Of a stretch of 64,000 nucleotides of DNA, positions 39,699 to 51,685 are shown in pieces. A program made the position numbers and the translations under genes. Every line of letters starts with the position of its first letter. Positions within the stretch are counted from its first letter, which is position 1. This DNA comes from Vulcanimicrobiota bacterium (GTDB lineage Bacteria > Vulcanimicrobiota > Vulcanimicrobiia > Vulcanimicrobiales > Vulcanimicrobiaceae), in contig CAWAXX010000013.1 in the NCBI GenBank assembly GCA_963786105.1, positions 77,529-141,528 of the forward strand, given 5' to 3'. A model generated the notes under the pieces. It did no database searches and had not been told where the DNA came from. It saw only the letters and a list, made by a program, of their open reading frames with translations.

Positions 39699-40696
39699 CG
39701 GCTGCACTCGCCGTTTCGCAAGGGCTCGTCGAAGCGAACGAGCCGCCCGAGTATCGCGGCGTCGCGCGCGACGCTGTCCGGCTGCTCGTGACCGATCGCG
39801 GGTCGCGCACGCAAACGCACGCCAGGTTCTTCGAACTACCGTCGCTCTTGCGCGCCGGCGATCTGCTCATCGTCAACGACTCGGCAACCGTACCGGCGGC
39901 GATCGTCGCAACGCGGGCCAACGGACAAACCGTGCCGCTGCACGTCGCAACGATGATCGACGCGCGCGTTTGGACGGCCGAGCCGCGCGGGCCGGTGCGG
40001 TTCGGTGAAGAGTTGCGCCTTCCCGGCGGCGGGTCGGCGGTGGCGATCGCTCCCGTCGAACCGGAGCATCCGCGATTGTGGTACGTGTGGTTCCAGCTGC
40101 CGCTCCCGATGCAACGCTATCTCGCAAAAGCCGGCGAGCCAATTCGTTACGGCTACGTCACGCGCCGGTTTCCGTTGAGCGACTACCAAACGATGTTCGG
40201 GCGCGAGCCGGGTTCGGCCGAGATGCCGTCGGCGGCGCGGCCGTTTACGCCGCGAGTCGTTACCGCGCTGCACCAGCGAGGCGTGCGAATCGCTACCATC
40301 ACGCTGCACAGCGGCGTGTCGAGTTTCGAGGCGCCCGAACGACCGCCGACCGAACGCTTCGCCGTTCCATACGAAACGTCAGAAGCGGTGAACGAAGCGA
40401 GGAGTCAGGGCCGGCGAACGATCGCCGTCGGCACGACCGCGCTTCGCGCGCTGGAAAGCGCGGTCCGAGGTGACCGAATCGTCGCGGCGTCGGGGTGGAC
40501 CGATCTCGTCGTCGATGCGAGCCATGCAATGCGTTCCGCCAACGGAATGCTGACCGGTTTTCACGATCCGGCCGCAACGCATCGATGGATGCTACAAAGC
40601 CTGCTCGATAGCGAACTGCTCGATGCGGCCTATGAAACCGCAGCTGAACAAAACTACCGCTATCACGAGTTCGGTGACGTGCACCTCATCGTGTAA
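39695..40696 (+). CDS. QueA-like S-adenosylmethionine:tRNA ribosyltransferase-isomerase family protein
   Basis: RDAVRLLV, GDLLIVNDS, YQTMF, GSAEMPSAARPF, LHSG, AVGTTALRALES, LTGFH, HEFGDVHLI. Confidence 0.85.
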   Translation: MTAALAVSQGLVEANEPPEYRGVARDAVRLLVTDRGSRTQTHARFFELPSLLRAGDLLIVNDSATVPAAIVATRANGQTVPLHVATMIDARVWTAEPRGPVRFGEELRLPGGGSAVAIAPVEPEHPRLWYVWFQLPLPMQRYLAKAGEPIRYGYVTRRFPLSDYQTMFGREPGSAEMPSAARPFTPRVVTALHQRGVRIATITLHSGVSSFEAPERPPTERFAVPYETSEAVNEARSQGRRTIAVGTTALRALESAVRGDRIVAASGWTDLVVDASHAMRSANGMLTGFHDPAATHRWMLQSLLDSELLDAAYETAAEQNYRYHEFGDVHLIV

Positions 40697-41076
40697 TCAG
40701 CAGGCGATCCTCCGATGTGCGGTCCAGTCACGTCTACCCAAATGCCCACCATAAATCGCGTCAATATGCATCTTCAATAATCGGGTTCGATTCCCGGCGA
40801 GCGATTTACATCGAACGTACAACCAGTTGTTGCGATGCCGCGGTCCAGCGAGATAGACTGACTCGTCGGAAGAGCTTCGCCGCCTGCGCGAGCGGCTTTT
40901 GAGTAGCGATGTGATTCGCGCATTTGGCAAAACAGCTACGAGATCAGCGGACCGTTCCGAGCCAGCCGTTGCACCATTGAGTCACCGATTGGGATGCTTA
41001 TATTACGAAGCCCTAACGTTGCCAATGCGGATCTCGGCAGGTCTGCCGGCCCCATTGCCTTCGGTTACTGGTGATT

Positions 41077-41138
41077 TTATTGAAATTCGATAAATAACTT
41101 GCCGAATATCAATAAGTATGATATTGTTTATCAATAAT
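41077..41138 (+). promoter_or_regulatory. AT-rich promoter with three related imperfect palindromes (putative XRE operators)
   Basis: TTATTGAAATTCGATAA, TTGCCGAATATCAATAA, ATATTGTTTATCAATAAT. -35 TTGCCG, N17, extended -10 TG-n-TATTGT. Confidence 0.65.
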
Positions 41139-41160
41139 TCAAGCCCTGGAGGTGCCCCCG

Positions 41161-41685
41161 ATGCCTCGTCCTTCATCTACCGCGCTGCCGATCGCCGACG
41201 TCGCCCTGCGCATCCTGATCGTCCTGAACTGGTTCTACGGCGCCGTTGTCCTTGCGATTCTCGTGGGGGAGTTTGTAGACGCACAATGGATGATGACCGC
41301 TATCGGCGTTCCGCCCTCGGCGCAATCCGGTCCGTTCATTATCGGCGTGCGCGCGATCGCAGCGCTCGGACTCGTTGCCGTCCCGCTGAATCTCGCCGTG
41401 CTCAAGCGGCTGGTGGCGATGGTCCAGTCGGTGCGCGCCGACGATCCGTTCATCGCCGCGAATGCAGACCGCCTACAGGCGATCGCCTGGTTTCTGCTCG
41501 GGCAGCAGATGCTCAGCCTCGTCATCGGGCTTATCGCCAAATCCGTTTCGACGCCCGGACATCCGCTTCACTTAGATGCCGGCTTTTCGCCCAGCGGCTG
41601 GCTGGCGGTAATCCTGACCTTCGTCCTCGCGCGCGTCTTCGCCGAAGGCGCGCTGATGCGTGAAGACCTCGAAGGGACGGTGTGA
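41161..41685 (+). CDS. DUF2975-like membrane protein
   Basis: SD GGAGGT, transmembrane helices, DPFIAANADRL, VLARVFAEGALMREDLEGTV. Confidence 0.85.
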   Translation: MPRPSSTALPIADVALRILIVLNWFYGAVVLAILVGEFVDAQWMMTAIGVPPSAQSGPFIIGVRAIAALGLVAVPLNLAVLKRLVAMVQSVRADDPFIAANADRLQAIAWFLLGQQMLSLVIGLIAKSVSTPGHPLHLDAGFSPSGWLAVILTFVLARVFAEGALMREDLEGTV

Positions 41686-41686
41686 C

Positions 41687-41929
41687 ATGGCCATCGCCGT
41701 CAAGCTCGACGAGCTGCTCCACGAGCGCCGAAAGACACTCACCGAGCTGGCCGAGTGCATCGACATCACGCTTGCCAACCTCTCAATCCTCAAAACCGGC
41801 AAGGCCCGCGCCATCCGATTCTCGACGCTTGAAGCGATCTGCGGCGCGCTCGGCTGCCAACCCGGTGACGTTTTGGAATTCGTCCCGGAGTCCATTGCTG
41901 GCTCCGAACAAATTCGCAAAGCTTCATAG
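41687..41929 (+). CDS. XRE/Cro-family HTH regulator (YozG-like)
   Basis: MAIAVKLDELL..RKTLTELAE...ANLSILKTGKARAIRFSTLEAIC..L.CQPGDVL. Confidence 0.9.
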   Translation: MAIAVKLDELLHERRKTLTELAECIDITLANLSILKTGKARAIRFSTLEAICGALGCQPGDVLEFVPESIAGSEQIRKAS

Positions 41930-41943
41930 CAAAGGAATTCACC

Positions 41944-42393
41944 ATGATCTCGATTACTCACGACACCGCTACGAACGAAACCGAGCTGGCGAACGTCGCC
42001 CAAGAGGTTTCGCTTGTCCGCATCTATGTTCTGCGCGCGACCTATCTGCTGCTCGTGATCGGGCTCGGCGGGATGATCGTGCCCGACGTGCTGAGCCATC
42101 CGGTGATCAGCCGAGGTGTGATTCCGAGCCTGCTCGGCGCCGTGTGGCTGCTGGCGTTCGTCGGCCTCAAATACCCCCTCGAGATGCTTCCACTGCTAAT
42201 GTTCGAGTTCGCGTGGAAAACCATCTGGATGGTGGCCTATGGCTTGCCGCAATGGTCCGCCGGGCACTTGCCACCGACCTTCGCCGCTGATTCCTTCAAC
42301 ATCGGGCTTGGCGTCATCCTTATGCCGCTCGTGATCCCATGGGGCTACGTTTACCGTCATTACGTAAGGCAGTCAGGCGCACGCTGGCGCTGA
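41944..42393 (+). CDS. Hypothetical membrane protein
   Basis: SD AAGGA, about 4 hydrophobic segments, GLKYPLEMLPLLMFEFAWK, VIPWGYV. Confidence 0.75.
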   Translation: MISITHDTATNETELANVAQEVSLVRIYVLRATYLLLVIGLGGMIVPDVLSHPVISRGVIPSLLGAVWLLAFVGLKYPLEMLPLLMFEFAWKTIWMVAYGLPQWSAGHLPPTFAADSFNIGLGVILMPLVIPWGYVYRHYVRQSGARWR

Positions 42394-42536
42394 CTGATGG
42401 TCCCAGGCGATCGTCGCACACTACTGACCGCCGACGCGGGCGACTAAGGGCCGATCCGATCGCGATTCAGGTTTTGTTCATCCTTGCCCCGTACGTTCGT
42501 CGCATAACTTCACCCGGTCGCTTCACGGAGACACCC

Positions 42537-43772
42537 ATGCATCGTTTGGCCCGGCCCGGCATTGCCGGCCTCGGTACGTTCGTCGTCATTGCTATGCTTG
42601 CAGGCTGCTCGGGAGGCGGCGGCGGACAGGGCGGCGCGTCGCTTCCCGGCGGCCCGTCCCTCGCGGGAATGAGTCACGGCGCGACGCGGGGCACGGTCGG
42701 CCTCGGAAAGGTCCTTTCCAGCAAGGACGGCGGCCAGATCTACGGCTTCGACATCAATCAGAACGGCGACGACGGGGTGCTCGCGTCGGCCGCCGACACG
42801 TCGCAGCCCGGCGTCTTCAAAGTCTCGGTCGAGACGTTCGACCAGAACACCGGCAAAATCACCAAGTCGTTTGCGCAATTCACGGGCACAAAGAACTCTT
42901 ACGCGGTTGACGGCATTTATGCCGGCGATGTCGGTCTCGTCACCCACTTCATCGTGCCGAAAGGTCAGATTTTTGCCAACCGCAAGTACCAAACGATGAA
43001 TCCGGTGACCGCGCAGAAATTCACCGGGAAGTGGACGCCGCCCATCGCGGACGTCGACGTCCAGCAGGGCGCCGAAAATCAGACGACGACGACCAGCGTC
43101 CTCTTCGCGATCGAGCTCAAGAACCAAGACAAGCCCGACTTGTTCGTCTCAAACATCGCGGCCAACACGTTCAGCAACGTGATCCATTTGGATCCGAATA
43201 AGTTTGGCGGCGCCAACGGTCCCCGCCTTGGCCAATATACGGCGGCGAACGAGGCCGTCTTCGCGCTCTCTCCCGACGGCGGCAAAGTCGGCGGTTTTCC
43301 GCCCGTCAACATTTTGATCGATCTCCAAAGCGGCAACCAGTCGCAGTTCACCGGCTACAACAATGGGCCGTTCGGCGCCGGCTACGTCAACGGAATGGCG
43401 GTCGACCCCAACACCGGCGTAGAAGCGACGACCACCGAGTTGAATGCGCAAGTCGAGTTCTACGACGACAACAAGAAGCTCGGCATCACCGCCGTGCAGC
43501 TGCCGTGCACCGGTAATGCGAGTCAGAGCAACAGCGGCGCCGGCGTTACCGTCGACCCCGTAAACAAACTCTTTTTGGTGACCGATCCGTTCTATTGCGA
43601 TGGCAGCCAGGGCAGCGCGCTGGTTATTTACGACGAGAAGGGAAATCTGGTCGAAACCATCACCGGCTTCAAGTTCGCAATTGCCGAGCCGCCGGTGGTT
43701 CTCAATCCCGGCAAACGGATGGGCTGGGCGTTTGGGCCGCAGTTCAGCCAACTGCAACAATTCTTCTACTAG
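42537..43772 (+). CDS. Secreted lipoprotein, probable beta-propeller
   Basis: SD GGAG, lipobox LAGC, Gly linker, beta-rich repeats (GMAVDPNTG, GVTVDPVNK). Confidence 0.75.
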   Translation: MHRLARPGIAGLGTFVVIAMLAGCSGGGGGQGGASLPGGPSLAGMSHGATRGTVGLGKVLSSKDGGQIYGFDINQNGDDGVLASAADTSQPGVFKVSVETFDQNTGKITKSFAQFTGTKNSYAVDGIYAGDVGLVTHFIVPKGQIFANRKYQTMNPVTAQKFTGKWTPPIADVDVQQGAENQTTTTSVLFAIELKNQDKPDLFVSNIAANTFSNVIHLDPNKFGGANGPRLGQYTAANEAVFALSPDGGKVGGFPPVNILIDLQSGNQSQFTGYNNGPFGAGYVNGMAVDPNTGVEATTTELNAQVEFYDDNKKLGITAVQLPCTGNASQSNSGAGVTVDPVNKLFLVTDPFYCDGSQGSALVIYDEKGNLVETITGFKFAIAEPPVVLNPGKRMGWAFGPQFSQLQQFFY

Positions 43773-43842
43773 GGTCCTAGGCTCCGCGACCTTCCCGCCG
43801 AACCGCTCCGGTTCGAGGCTAGCCTCATAAGGAGCGGGGAAG

Positions 43843-44706
43843 ATGATACGCCTGGGTTTGCGCGCGGCGGCCGTTATTGCCGCCGCGCTGGTGTGGTCGG
43901 TCCCGGATGCGGCCAGAGCCCTGGAGCGCATTCCGTTTACCAGCGACGACGGAACGATCAAGGTCCAGGGCACCGTTAACGGCCAGGCCGTCCCGATGCT
44001 CGTCGACCTCAGCGCCGGCGTCGACGTGCTCTCCGAAAAGGTGGGTTCGCGCGCGGTCAACGTCTCCGGCAAGTTCGTGACCCTGAGTCTAACCGGACAG
44101 CGGGTCGATCTTCCCATCGGCACCGTCGTATCGATGGCGCTAGGCGAGTTTAAGGTGGATAGCCGGACCGTCGGAATCTGGAACGGTCTCGACGGGACGG
44201 GCGTCGACGGCTTGATTTCGGCGTCGGCATTTCGCGACGTTGCGACGACGTTCGATTTTCGTGCCCACGAACTGCTCCTGGAAGACGCGGTGACCTATGC
44301 CGAACGCAAGCGTTTTGCTTCGCGTGTTCCGTTATTTCTGCAAGACGAACTCGGTATTTCGGTCGGCGTCTTCGCACGTTTCGATTTCGGCAACGGACAA
44401 ACCGGCCTCTGCGTGATCGACACCGGCACGAAGGACATTATGATCGATCGGCGCTTTGCAGCGAAGCTCGGGGTAAATCCCGCCGATCCGGGGCTCAAGC
44501 ACGTGAAAACGCCGCTCGGGCAAGGCGTTGCGGCCACGATCCCGTCGCTCACCCTCATCGGGGCTTCCGACTCGACCATGCAGCGCCCGAACGTCGTTTT
44601 CGAAGATTTGGTCTACGATTGCAACGTCGGCAACGAATTTTGGGCGAATAAAGTCTTCACGCTCGACGTTCTGCAGCGCGTCATGTACGTCGCGCCGCCG
44701 GCGTGA
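43843..44706 (+). CDS. Secreted two-domain retropepsin-like aspartyl protease family protein
   Basis: Signal peptide, GTVNG..VPMLVDLSA...DGLI first lobe, CVIDTGT...NVGNEF second lobe. Confidence 0.7.
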   Translation: MIRLGLRAAAVIAAALVWSVPDAARALERIPFTSDDGTIKVQGTVNGQAVPMLVDLSAGVDVLSEKVGSRAVNVSGKFVTLSLTGQRVDLPIGTVVSMALGEFKVDSRTVGIWNGLDGTGVDGLISASAFRDVATTFDFRAHELLLEDAVTYAERKRFASRVPLFLQDELGISVGVFARFDFGNGQTGLCVIDTGTKDIMIDRRFAAKLGVNPADPGLKHVKTPLGQGVAATIPSLTLIGASDSTMQRPNVVFEDLVYDCNVGNEFWANKVFTLDVLQRVMYVAPPA

Positions 44707-45518
44707 TCGGGGATCACTTTAGAACGACCTTCGGAACGCACGTCGTCGATCTGATCCGTTTGGATGCGAAAGTGCGCGAAGGAAACGACCCCGAAGCGCT
44801 GCACGAAGCGCGCGTAGCGGTACGCCGGTTACGTTCGTATCTGCGGACGTTTTTGCCGATCCTCGATCCGGTGTGGGGGAATACGCTGCGCGAGCGCTTG
44901 GCGTGGTTGAACGAGCTGTTTGCCGAGGCGCGCGATTTCGACGTTCTCGTGGCGGCGCTCGACCGCTGGGCGGACGCTCCTCCCGACGGGGCGGCGCTTC
45001 CGGAGGGTCTGCTCGAACGGCTGCACGCCGAGCGCGACCAACGCCACGCGACGGTCCAGGCGGAGCTGCGAGGTGAGCATTATCTTACGCTGCTCGAGGA
45101 AATCGTCGCAGCAGCTCGCCACCCTCAGCTCAACCAACGTGCGACCGAACCGCTGCGCGAGAGTATGCGCGAACTACTCGCGGCGGTGTGGGAGCGGGCG
45201 CGAAAACCCATGCGCAAGTACGGCCGAGCCCCCACCGACGCCGAGCTGCACGAGTTCCGAATCAACACCAAGCACGTGCGCTATGCCGTGGAATGTTTCG
45301 AGCCGATAGCCGGAAAGCCAGCGAAAGTTCTGGCTCGTCATGCTGCGCGCTTGCAGACCGTACTCGGGCGCCGGCACGACGCGGTGATGGCGGTGGCGCA
45401 CTTGCGCGGATTCCCCGGCGCACCGCCGGAGCTTTTCGACGCGTCGCCGGCGCGCTGGCGGCGTATTTGGCGAAAAATGCGGACCGCTTACCGCCGGCTG
45501 AGAAAGGCCGATCGTTGA
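44703..45518 (+). CDS. CHAD domain protein
   Basis: [41 protein letters not shown]. Confidence 0.88.
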   Translation: MIGDHFRTTFGTHVVDLIRLDAKVREGNDPEALHEARVAVRRLRSYLRTFLPILDPVWGNTLRERLAWLNELFAEARDFDVLVAALDRWADAPPDGAALPEGLLERLHAERDQRHATVQAELRGEHYLTLLEEIVAAARHPQLNQRATEPLRESMRELLAAVWERARKPMRKYGRAPTDAELHEFRINTKHVRYAVECFEPIAGKPAKVLARHAARLQTVLGRRHDAVMAVAHLRGFPGAPPELFDASPARWRRIWRKMRTAYRRLRKADR

Positions 45519-48241
45519 AGGCGAATCCGGAGCGGGAGCGTTTGCTCGAAATAGGAGCGCACGCCGACGCCCCCTGGCGCCGGTTCGGGCCTTACCTTAG
45601 CGAGCGCCAATGGGGAACGGTGCGCGAGGACTACAGCCGTGACGGCACCGCGTGGGAATACTTCCCGCACGATCACGCGCGCTCGCGCACGTATCGCTGG
45701 GGCGAAGACGGCATCGCAGGCATCTCCGACATTCACCAGCACCTATGCTTCGCCTTAGCGCTCTGGAACGGTGAAGATCCCATTCTCAAGGAGCGCCTTT
45801 TCGGCCTTACGAGCAACGAGGGCAACCACGGCGAGGACGTTAAGGAATACTACTTCTACCTCGACAACGTGCCGTCGCACGCGTACATGAAGATGCTGTA
45901 CAAGTATCCGCATCGCGCGTTCCCCTATGCAAATCTCGTCGAAGAGAACCGTCGCCGCTCGCGCGCTGATCCGGAATACGAGCTGCTCGATACCGGCATC
46001 TTCGACGATGACGAATATTTCGACGTGACCGTTGAGTACGCCAAGCGCGAACCCGAAGATGTGTTCATTCGGATTAGTGCGACCAATCGCGCGGCGACGC
46101 CGCACGCCTTGAACGTGCTGCCGACGCTATGGTTTCGCAACGACTGGGCGTGGAAGCCGGGCATCGAGCACCCCGAGCTCAAGCTTGAGGAGCACCTGGA
46201 ATGGGGAAGTGCGATCGACGTTCGCCACCCCAAAATCGGGAACTTCAAGTTCTACACGCAAGCGCAAGACGAGCTGCTGTTTACCGAAAACGAGACCAAC
46301 AACGAGCGCCTTTACGGTTCGCCCAATCCCGGCCCCTGGGTAAAGGACGGTATCAACGACTACGTCGTCGGGGGCAAGGCCGACGCCGTGAACCGGGCCG
46401 ATTTTGGAACCAAGGTTGCGTCGCGCCACACCTTCACGCTGGAGCCTGGCGAGACGCGTGTCGTGCGGCTGCGGTTGTGCCGGGAACCGTACGCCCAGCC
46501 GTTTGCTTCCGGCTTCGACGGGCTTTTCGACCGACGTCGCAGCGAGGCCGACGCTTTCTACCTCGCCGTCAACCCACATCCGGTCGGCGACGAGCTGCGC
46601 GCGATACAACGTCAAGCGTTTGCCGGAATGCTGTGGACGAAACAGTTCTATCAGTTCGTCGTGGCCGATTGGCTCAACGGCGATCCGTTGAAAGCCCCGC
46701 CGCCGCCGGAGCGCCTGCGCGGGCGCAATCGCGATTGGCCGCACGTATACGCGGTGGACGTGATTTCGATGCCCGACAAGTGGGAGTATCCGTGGTTCGC
46801 CGCCTGGGACCTCGCTTTTCACGTGGTCGCGCTCGCGATGATCGACCCCGAGTTCGCCAAGCATCAGCTCGTGCTGTTAACGCGCGAATGGTACATGCAT
46901 CCCAACGGACAGCTCCCCGCCTACGAATGGAACTTCAGCGACGTCAATCCACCGGTCCACGCGTGGGCTGCCATGCGCGTCTATCAAATCGAGAAGAAGA
47001 TGTACGGAGGTCACGGCGACCGGGCGTTTCTCGAACGCGTCTTTCAAAAATTGCTGCTGAACTTCACGTGGTGGGTCAATCGTAAGGACGTCGAGGGCAA
47101 CAACGTCTTTCAGGGAGGCTTCCTCGGCCTCGACAACATCGGCATTTTCGACCGGTCGGCGCGACTGCCGACGGGCGGTCACATCAATCAATCCGATGGT
47201 ACCAGCTGGATGGCGGTGTATACGCTCAACCTGCTGGCGATCTCGCTCGAGCTGGCGCAGCACAATCACGTGTACGAGGACATCGCGTCCAAGTTCTTCG
47301 AGCATTTTCTCTATATCGCGCACGCACTGAATAATCTCGCCGGCGACGAAGGACTCTGGGACGAGGAGGACGGCTTTTATTTCGACGTCCTCAAGCTCGA
47401 CGACGGTACCGCCATTCCGCTCAAAATCCACTCGTTAGTAGGGCTGCTGCCGCTGCTGGCGATTGCCGTCGGCGAGCGGGGCATGGGTATGCGCATTCCC
47501 GGCTTTCGCGAGCGCGTGATTTGGTTCGTGGAAAACTCACCGCAGCTATGCTCGAACGTTGCGGCCATCGATCGAGAGGGTTACGACGGCCGGCTGCTGC
47601 TGGCGGTCGTCGGACAAGACCAACTCGAACGCATTCTTGCGCGCGCTCTCGACGAGGCGCGCTTCTTGAGCCCGTACGGAATTCGCTCGGTGTCGAAATA
47701 CCATCGCGACAATCCGTACTCGCTGGAAATCGACGGCGCCACGTATCGGGTCGACTACGAGCCGGCCGAATCGACCACGGGGACGTTTGGAGGAAACTCG
47801 AACTGGCGCGGACCAGTATGGTTTCCGATCAATTTCTTGCTGGTCGAAGCCTTGCAGAAGTTTCACTATCACACCGGCGATGACTTCAAAGTCGAGTGCC
47901 CGACCGGCTCGGGAAAGATGCTCACGCTGTGGGAGGTCTCGATGGAACTGTCGCATCGTCTTATAAGCCTGTTCGTTGCCGATTCGAACGGAAGGCGTCC
48001 GGTTTACGGCACCAGCGAGAAGTTTCAGTCCGATCCGCATTGGCGCGACTACATCTCGTTCTTTGAGTACTTCGACGGGGACACCGGCGCGGGCTTGGGT
48101 GCCAGCCACCAAACCGGCTGGACCGGCCTGGTGGCCAAGCTGATCCAGCAGCACGGAGAATACTGCGACGCGGGCGAGCATCCGTTCGCTCCCGGCCGGC
48201 AGAAAGTTACCGAGTCGCAGCGGGGCGATGACGCGCAATGA
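45515..48241 (+). CDS. GH63/MGH1-like glucosidase
   Basis: [80 protein letters not shown] overlaps the CHAD stop. Confidence 0.9.
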   Translation: MKANPERERLLEIGAHADAPWRRFGPYLSERQWGTVREDYSRDGTAWEYFPHDHARSRTYRWGEDGIAGISDIHQHLCFALALWNGEDPILKERLFGLTSNEGNHGEDVKEYYFYLDNVPSHAYMKMLYKYPHRAFPYANLVEENRRRSRADPEYELLDTGIFDDDEYFDVTVEYAKREPEDVFIRISATNRAATPHALNVLPTLWFRNDWAWKPGIEHPELKLEEHLEWGSAIDVRHPKIGNFKFYTQAQDELLFTENETNNERLYGSPNPGPWVKDGINDYVVGGKADAVNRADFGTKVASRHTFTLEPGETRVVRLRLCREPYAQPFASGFDGLFDRRRSEADAFYLAVNPHPVGDELRAIQRQAFAGMLWTKQFYQFVVADWLNGDPLKAPPPPERLRGRNRDWPHVYAVDVISMPDKWEYPWFAAWDLAFHVVALAMIDPEFAKHQLVLLTREWYMHPNGQLPAYEWNFSDVNPPVHAWAAMRVYQIEKKMYGGHGDRAFLERVFQKLLLNFTWWVNRKDVEGNNVFQGGFLGLDNIGIFDRSARLPTGGHINQSDGTSWMAVYTLNLLAISLELAQHNHVYEDIASKFFEHFLYIAHALNNLAGDEGLWDEEDGFYFDVLKLDDGTAIPLKIHSLVGLLPLLAIAVGERGMGMRIPGFRERVIWFVENSPQLCSNVAAIDREGYDGRLLLAVVGQDQLERILARALDEARFLSPYGIRSVSKYHRDNPYSLEIDGATYRVDYEPAESTTGTFGGNSNWRGPVWFPINFLLVEALQKFHYHTGDDFKVECPTGSGKMLTLWEVSMELSHRLISLFVADSNGRRPVYGTSEKFQSDPHWRDYISFFEYFDGDTGAGLGASHQTGWTGLVAKLIQQHGEYCDAGEHPFAPGRQKVTESQRGDDAQ

Positions 48242-48984
48242 ACGTTTTGAGCGTCGACGTCGGTGGCACGAACGTGAAAATCCTGGCCACCGGTCAGACG
48301 GAGCGGCGCGAGTTTGCCTCCGGTCGCAGCCTTACGGCGCAACAAATGGTCGACGGCGTGAAAAAGCTCGCCGGTGACTGGAGCTATGATGCGGTGTCGA
48401 TCGGATTCCCGGGGCCGGTGCTCCATGGCATGCCCGTCGCCGAACCGCACAATCTCGGTAAGGGTTGGGTCGGCTTCGATTTCGCGGCGGCTTTTGGGCG
48501 CCCGGTAAAGTTGGTCAACGACGCGGCAATGCAGGCTCTTGGCAGTTATCGCGGCGGCAAGATGCTGTTCTTGGGGCTGGGGACCGGGCTGGGCACCACG
48601 TTCATTGACGACGGCGTCGTGGAACCGATGGAGCTCGCCCATCTTCCATATAAAAAGGCGACGTACGAGGATTATGTGGGAGCGCGCGCGCTCAAACATA
48701 TGGGCAAGCGAAAATGGCGGAAAAGCGTCGCCGAGGTGGTTGCGGTGCTGTTCGCGGCCTTCGAGCCCGACGAGGTCGTCATCGGCGGCGGTAACGTAAA
48801 AAAGCTCGGCGATCTCCCTCAGCACGCGCGAGCCGGCGACAACGCCGACGCATTTGCTGGCGGATTCCGCCTTTGGCAGGAGTCGACTTGTCATGCTGAG
48901 CGGACCGCTTGTCATCCTGAGCGGAGCGCCGCAGGCGCGCAGTCGAAGGACGGGCACATCGTTCGCTATTCAGGCGTTTCCTAG
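48238..48984 (+). CDS. ppgK: ROK-family (polyphosphate) glucokinase
   Basis: DVGGT, GFPGP, NDAAMQA, GLGTGLG, ELAH, IGGGN. C-terminal tail reads through a REP element. Confidence 0.8.
   Translation: MNVLSVDVGGTNVKILATGQTERREFASGRSLTAQQMVDGVKKLAGDWSYDAVSIGFPGPVLHGMPVAEPHNLGKGWVGFDFAAAFGRPVKLVNDAAMQALGSYRGGKMLFLGLGTGLGTTFIDDGVVEPMELAHLPYKKATYEDYVGARALKHMGKRKWRKSVAEVVAVLFAAFEPDEVVIGGGNVKKLGDLPQHARAGDNADAFAGGFRLWQESTCHAERTACHPERSAAGAQSKDGHIVRYSGVS
48889..48952 (+). repeat. Tandem partial + full REP-like element
   Basis: TGTCATGCTGAGCGGACCGCT followed by a full copy at 48910-48952. Confidence 0.85.
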
Positions 48985-49019
48985 GACTCTGTCGTGAAGG
49001 ACGAAAGGACGCCGCATAT

Positions 49020-50657
49020 ATGACGACCGTACCCGGCGCGAGCGCCCAAACGCCGGCATGGGCCGCGCTCGCCAAAAATTACGAAGCGATCCGCGACGTG
49101 CACTTGCGAGACCTCTTCGCGCAAGACCCGTCGCGCGGCGAACGCATGACGCTCGAGGCCGCCGGCATCTATCTCGATTTCTCGAAAAACCGGATCACCG
49201 ACGAAACGCTACGGCTGCTCGTGCGGCTCGCGGAGGAGGCGGGGCTGCGCGAACGGATCGACGCGATGTTTCGCGGAGACAAGATCAACGTGTCCGAGCG
49301 CCGCGCCGTGCTGCACGTCGCGCTGCGGGCTCCAAAAAGCGAATCGATCGTTTTAGACGGGCAGGACGTTGTGCCGGGCGTTCACGCAGTTCTCGATAAG
49401 ATGGCCGGCTTCTCGACGAGCGTGCGCGGCGGAACCTGGCGAGGCCATACCGGCAAGCGTATCCGCAATGTCGTCAACGTTGGGATCGGCGGCTCGGATC
49501 TCGGACCGGTCATGGCCTACGAGGCGCTCAAACACTACAGCGACCGCAGCATGACGTTCCGTTTCGTGTCGAACGTCGACGGCACCGATTTCGCCGAGGC
49601 CGTCCGCGATCTCGACCCTGCCGAGACGCTGTTCGTCATCTCGTCGAAGACCTTCACGACGCTGGAGACCATGACCAACGCGCACACCGCGCGCGCTTGG
49701 GCGCTGGCCGGTGTCGGCGGCGACGAAGCCGCCGTCGCCAAACACTTCGTCGCCGTCTCGACCAACGCTGCGGAGGTTTCGAAGTTCGGCATCGACACTG
49801 CCAACATGTTCGAGTTCTGGGATTGGGTCGGCGGCCGGTATTCGATGGATTCGGCGATCGGTCTTTCGACGATGCTCTCCATCGGTCCGCAGAATTTCCG
49901 GGCGATGCTCGCCGGATTTCACGAAATGGACGAACACTTTCGCACGGCGCCGTTCGAGAAGAATCTCCCCGTGCTCATGGGTCTGTTGTCGATTTGGTAT
50001 AACGACTTTTTCGGCGCGCAGACGGTGGCCGTACTTCCCTACGAACAATACCTCAAGCGGTTTCCGGCGTATTTGCAGCAACTCACCATGGAGAGTAACG
50101 GCAAGCACGTGACGCTCGACGGCGCGCCGGTCGATCATCTGACCGGACCGGTCTATTGGGGCGAACCCGGCACCAACGGACAACATTCGTTCTATCAGCT
50201 CATCCATCAGGGCACGCGTCTGATTCCGTGCGACCTCATCGGCTTCGGCAAGTCGCTCAATCCGTTGGGAGCGCATCACGATATCTTGTTGTCGAACGTT
50301 TTTGCGCAGGGCGAAGCGCTGGCGTTCGGCAAAACGGCGGCCCAAGTAAAGGCCGAGGGATCGCCGGATTGGTTGGTGCCGCACCGCGTGTTCGAAGGCA
50401 ATCGGCCGACCAATACGCTGCTGCTCGAGAAACTCGATCCCGCTTCACTCGGAAAACTCGTCGCGCTCTACGAGCACAACGTCTTCACGCAAGGCGCCGT
50501 CTGGCACATCGACTCGTTCGACCAGTGGGGTGTCGAGCTCGGAAAAGTCCTCGCGCAACGCATCATCCCCGAGCTCTCGGGCGCTGCAGAATCCGATCTT
50601 AAACACGACAGCTCGACCAATGCGCTGATACGCCGCTATCGCCGCCTCAAGTCGTAG
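49020..50657 (+). CDS. pgi: Glucose-6-phosphate isomerase
   Basis: [51 protein letters not shown]. Confidence 0.97.
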   Translation: MTTVPGASAQTPAWAALAKNYEAIRDVHLRDLFAQDPSRGERMTLEAAGIYLDFSKNRITDETLRLLVRLAEEAGLRERIDAMFRGDKINVSERRAVLHVALRAPKSESIVLDGQDVVPGVHAVLDKMAGFSTSVRGGTWRGHTGKRIRNVVNVGIGGSDLGPVMAYEALKHYSDRSMTFRFVSNVDGTDFAEAVRDLDPAETLFVISSKTFTTLETMTNAHTARAWALAGVGGDEAAVAKHFVAVSTNAAEVSKFGIDTANMFEFWDWVGGRYSMDSAIGLSTMLSIGPQNFRAMLAGFHEMDEHFRTAPFEKNLPVLMGLLSIWYNDFFGAQTVAVLPYEQYLKRFPAYLQQLTMESNGKHVTLDGAPVDHLTGPVYWGEPGTNGQHSFYQLIHQGTRLIPCDLIGFGKSLNPLGAHHDILLSNVFAQGEALAFGKTAAQVKAEGSPDWLVPHRVFEGNRPTNTLLLEKLDPASLGKLVALYEHNVFTQGAVWHIDSFDQWGVELGKVLAQRIIPELSGAAESDLKHDSSTNALIRRYRRLKS

Positions 50658-50674
50658 AAGGAGAACACAAACGC

Positions 50675-51685
50675 ATGCAACTCGGAATGATTGGGCTCGG
50701 GCGCATGGGCGCGAACATGGTGCGCCGCCTGATGCGCGATGGCCACACGTGCGTGGTCTACGATCGAAACCAGGACGCGGTCAAGGATCTAGCGTCGGCC
50801 GGTGCGCACGGCGCCGCCTCGCTCAAGGAGTTTACCGGTAAACTCGACGCGCCGCGATCGATCTGGCTGATGGTGCCGGCGGGGGTGGTCGACGGCAGCA
50901 TCGGGGAGCTCACGCCCCTGCTCGACAAGGGCGACGCCTTGATCGATGGCGGTAACTCGTACTACGTCGACGACCTTCGCCGCGCGGCGGCCTTACGCGT
51001 TAAGGGAGTCGACTACGTCGACGTCGGTACCAGCGGCGGCGTGTGGGGGCTGGAACGCGGATACTGCATGATGATCGGCGGCCCCGACAACGCCGTGAAG
51101 CGTCTGGATCCGATCTTCAAATCGCTCGCGCCTGGTTTAGGCACAATCGATCGCACGCCGGGTCGCGACAAAGTCGGCGGTACCGCGGAGCTGGGATACT
51201 TGCATTGCGGCGGCAACGGCGCCGGCCACTTCGTCAAGATGGTGCACAACGGGATCGAATACGGCCTCATGGCGGCCTATGCCGAGGGCTTAGGCATCCT
51301 CAAGTCGGCCAACGTCGGCAACCAAAAACAAGAAGTCAACGCCGAGACGACGCCGCTCCGCGACCCCGACCTGTATAAGTACGATTTGAATCTTCCCGAC
51401 ATTACCGAAGTGTGGCGGCGTGGAAGCGTGATTGCTTCGTGGCTGCTCGATCTCACCGCGGCGGCACTCTTGGAAAGCCCCGAGCTCTCGGAGTTCGGAG
51501 GGCGCGTCTCCGATTCAGGCGAGGGACGCTGGACCATCAAAGCCGCCATCGACGAAGCCGTGCCGGTTCCGGTGCTGAGCTCGGCGCTCTTCGAGCGGTT
51601 CGCTTCACGCGGCGAAGCCGACTTCCAAGATAAGCTCTTGTCGGCGATGCGCTACGAGTTCGGGGGACACCTAGAACAGAAATGA
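50675..51685 (+). CDS. gnd: Decarboxylating 6-phosphogluconate dehydrogenase (short form)
   Basis: [43 protein letters not shown]. Confidence 0.95.
   Translation: MQLGMIGLGRMGANMVRRLMRDGHTCVVYDRNQDAVKDLASAGAHGAASLKEFTGKLDAPRSIWLMVPAGVVDGSIGELTPLLDKGDALIDGGNSYYVDDLRRAAALRVKGVDYVDVGTSGGVWGLERGYCMMIGGPDNAVKRLDPIFKSLAPGLGTIDRTPGRDKVGGTAELGYLHCGGNGAGHFVKMVHNGIEYGLMAAYAEGLGILKSANVGNQKQEVNAETTPLRDPDLYKYDLNLPDITEVWRRGSVIASWLLDLTAAALLESPELSEFGGRVSDSGEGRWTIKAAIDEAVPVPVLSSALFERFASRGEADFQDKLLSAMRYEFGGHLEQK

Noticed and set aside
40697..41093. Short ORFs between the queA-like gene and DUF2975
   Set aside because: No motifs or translation signals recognised.
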